Source of the DNA: a virus
Lineage: Duplodnaviria; Caudoviricetes
IMG/VR virus record: IMGVR_UViG_3300032303_000909
Location: 1 to 46,810 of that record
DNA length: 46,810 nucleotides
Direction: 5' to 3' (one strand)
Below, piece by piece: positions 44,570 to 46,810 of this stretch. The first letter of the stretch is position 1, and every line of letters starts with the position of its first letter. The position numbers and the translations under genes were made by a program. The notes beneath the pieces were generated by a model. The model did no database searches. It saw only the letters and a list, made by a program, of their open reading frames with translations, and had not been told where the DNA came from.

Positions 44570-46810
44570 ATGACCACTAACAGATCACCGCTGCCGCAGG
44601 TTTTAGACACTAATTTAACCACTCCTACGCTTGGCGAAACCAAGTTTATCGTAGCAGATTCATCTGTAGAACAATACTTAACAGCAGAACAGGCAGCTGA
44701 GTTATTACAAATTCGAGGTGACCCGGGCCCACAAGGACCTCAGGGACCTCAGGGAGCAAGCGGACCACAGGGACCGAGCGGCGTACAGGGGCCACAAGGT
44801 GTTCAAGGGCCAAGTGGACCATCGGGCCCAAGTGGACCACAAGGACCGCAAGGACCGCAAGGACCACAAGGACCATCAGGCCCAAGTGGACCGCAAGGCA
44901 ATGTTGGTCAACCAGGAAATCAAGGTCCACAAGGTCCAAGTGGTCCAAGTGGTCCTCAGGGCGCACGTGGTAATCAAGGACCACAAGGCCCTGTATCCTC
45001 TACACTTACAAATATAGTAGGCGGTGCCGTAGGTAGCATCCCTTATCAAACAGCCCCTAGTACAACTGGATTTATTCCTATTGGTGCAGCTGGGTTTCTA
45101 TTACAAAGCAACGGAACTACTGCAACTTGGGTCAGCACATCTACAATTGTTCCGGATAATGCAGGTCAAGCAAACAAAATTTTAATTAACAACTTTAACA
45201 ATACCAGTACAATTTATTATCCCATGTTGGCTGCTGGTCCGGGTTCGTATCTAACTCCCGGTGTTGACAGCGATTTAAATTATCTAGCCAGTACAGGCGC
45301 ACTATCTACACCGGTAGTACTTGTTACTACAACAACCAATGCTGTTTCTACAACAACAGGTGCCGCTGTGGTCTCGGGGGGTTTGGGTGTTGCAAAAGAC
45401 ATTTATTTCGGCGGCAAACTATATCAAAATGGTGTAGAATTTACAGGTGGTGGGCCACAAGGGCCGCAGGGCGTTCAAGGACCAAGTGGACCATCAGGAC
45501 CAAGAGGTGTTCAGGGCCCGCAGGGAGTTCAGGGCCCGCAGGGACCAAGTGGACCAAGTGGACCATCGGGACCTCAGGGGCCGCAAGGACCTCAAGGACC
45601 TCAAGGACCAAGTGGACCACAGGGTAATCAAGGAGCCTCATTAATAGTTAAAGGCAGTGTTCCGTTTGTTAGTAGTTTAAATTCAATCATTAATCCGCAG
45701 ATCAATGACGGTTATGTTGTAACCGGAGGCGGCACAGCAGGACATTTATATGTTTATGATGGTAATGGTTGGACAGACGTTGGGCAATTTGTAGGTGATC
45801 GAGGACCACAGGGGCCGAGTGGACCGAGCGGGGTACAAGGACCCCAAGGACCGCAGGGACCCCAAGGACCGCAGGGGCCAAGTGGACCGCAGGGCAGTAA
45901 AGGTGATCCCGGCGTTGATAGCAATATGTCAGGTCCAAGCGGGCCACAAGGGCCACAAGGTCCGCAAGGTGTCCAGGGACCCCAAGGAAATCAGGGCCCA
46001 CAAGGCCCACAAGGCCCACAGGGGCCGCAAGGCGCAATGGGTCAGTTTGTTACATTAAGAGGCCATGTCAATGCACAGGCTGAACTTACGGGTATTTTAG
46101 GTGCAGTAGTAGGCGATGCGTACATTGTAGATACTGGTCCAAAAGCAACACATTTATTCATATATGACGGAAGTGGATGGCAAGACGGTGGAGCAATTGC
46201 TGGTCCAAGCGGACCACAAGGGCCGCAGGGACCAAGTGGGGCACAAGGACCGCAAGGACCGCAAGGACCAAGTGGAGTACCAAGTAATACATCAGGACCT
46301 CAAGGACCGCAAGGTGTTCAAGGACCAAGTGGACCACAAGGACCTCAAGGTCCATCGGGAACCCCGAGTAATGCAGTAGGTCCTCAAGGACCTCAAGGAC
46401 CCCAAGGATCTCAAGGACCAAGTGGACCAAGTGGACCGCAAGGACCTACAAATAACACACCAAGTAATGTATCAGGACCACAAGGACCTCAAGGACCAAG
46501 TGGACCAAGTGGACCCCAGGGACCTGTAAGTAATACAGCAGGGCCACCGGGACCTCAAGGTCCTGCTGGGCCACCAAGCAATGTTGTTGGACCTACGGGC
46601 AATCAAGGACCGCAAGGACCGCAAGGACCACAAGGACCAGCAAGTAATACTGCAGGACCACCAGGGCCACCAGGGCCGAGCGGCCCCGGAAGTAATACAT
46701 CAGGACCGCAAGGACCGCAAGGACCTCAAGGACCAGGCGGACCACCCGGTGCACCAAGTAATGTTGCAGGGCCACCAAGTAATGTTGCAGGACCTCCAGG
46801 ACCTCCAGGA
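44570..46810 (+). CDS. long collagen-like tail fibre protein (truncated by window end)
   Basis: ATG 44570 [10 protein letters not shown]... stays open to the window end; extensive GPQ/GPS triplets separated by small globular domains; absent from ORF track because there is no stop. Confidence 0.88.
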   Translation, partial: MTTNRSPLPQVLDTNLTTPTLGETKFIVADSSVEQYLTAEQAAELLQIRGDPGPQGPQGPQGASGPQGPSGVQGPQGVQGPSGPSGPSGPQGPQGPQGPQGPSGPSGPQGNVGQPGNQGPQGPSGPSGPQGARGNQGPQGPVSSTLTNIVGGAVGSIPYQTAPSTTGFIPIGAAGFLLQSNGTTATWVSTSTIVPDNAGQANKILINNFNNTSTIYYPMLAAGPGSYLTPGVDSDLNYLASTGALSTPVVLVTTTTNAVSTTTGAAVVSGGLGVAKDIYFGGKLYQNGVEFTGGGPQGPQGVQGPSGPSGPRGVQGPQGVQGPQGPSGPSGPSGPQGPQGPQGPQGPSGPQGNQGASLIVKGSVPFVSSLNSIINPQINDGYVVTGGGTAGHLYVYDGNGWTDVGQFVGDRGPQGPSGPSGVQGPQGPQGPQGPQGPSGPQGSKGDPGVDSNMSGPSGPQGPQGPQGVQGPQGNQGPQGPQGPQGPQGAMGQFVTLRGHVNAQAELTGILGAVVGDAYIVDTGPKATHLFIYDGSGWQDGGAIAGPSGPQGPQGPSGAQGPQGPQGPSGVPSNTSGPQGPQGVQGPSGPQGPQGPSGTPSNAVGPQGPQGPQGSQGPSGPSGPQGPTNNTPSNVSGPQGPQGPSGPSGPQGPVSNTAGPPGPQGPAGPPSNVVGPTGNQGPQGPQGPQGPASNTAGPPGPPGPSGPGSNTSGPQGPQGPQGPGGPPGAPSNVAGPPSNVAGPPGPPG
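44716..46810 (+). repeat. coding 9-bp-period collagen repeats (GGNCCNCAR / GGNCCNAGT)
   Basis: Blocks at about 44716-44995, 45452-45635, 45795-46040 and 46200-46810. Confidence 0.9.

Noticed and set aside
44646-46778. Multiple ORF-track entries (DHKDRK.../LVVLAVL...) and CRISPR-like periodicity
   Set aside because: These are off-frame and antisense shadows of the collagen ORF; the repeats have a 9-bp coding period with no unique spacers.
1-46810. Stop-codon reassignment as seen in some large phages
   Set aside because: Recognisable genes (clpP, folE, uvsE, carbamoyltransferase) are full length in code 11, TAA, TGA and TAG all appear as stops, and no suppressor tRNA is present.

Overview
This 46.8-kb window looks like part of a large tailed (T4-like/jumbo) phage genome, probably from an aquatic Proteobacteria-infecting phage (inference). 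It uses the standard genetic code and has dense, mostly + strand genes, consensus sigma70 promoters and recurrent TAAATA late-promoter-like motifs. Contents in order: (1) 8 tRNAs interleaved with an rpoZ-like gene, 2OG-Fe(II) oxygenases and a ~205-nt structured non-coding element; (2) an AT-rich tailoring-enzyme island (B12 radical SAM, nucleotidyltransferase-like, methyltransferase, SDR, hydroxylases, sulfotransferase-like, SGNH-like); (3) a CX5R phosphatase, P-loop kinase and metallophosphoesterase followed by a DUF2828 (TROVE/Ro60-like vWA) gene; (4) glycosyltransferases, carbamoyltransferase, nucleotide-sugar enzymes, dCMP deaminase, folE, queD, clpP, an APS-kinase fusion, a TctC/Bug binding protein, an MBD4-like glycosylase and UvsE; (5) the start of a virion module with Ig-like and collagen proteins, the last running off the window. 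The best candidate for a new system is the DUF2828 locus. The gene is flanked by three non-coding elements sharing a covarying 7-bp closing stem and a fixed AGG-N4-NNN-CAGCA...N4'-CCTG motif. One element displays a tRNA-Met-like anticodon loop and the other two carry large structured cargo. Together with the adjacent end-healing enzymes this suggests a Ro60/Y-RNA-like RNA repair or anti-nuclease RNP. All family calls come from motif recognition by eye; no searches were run.
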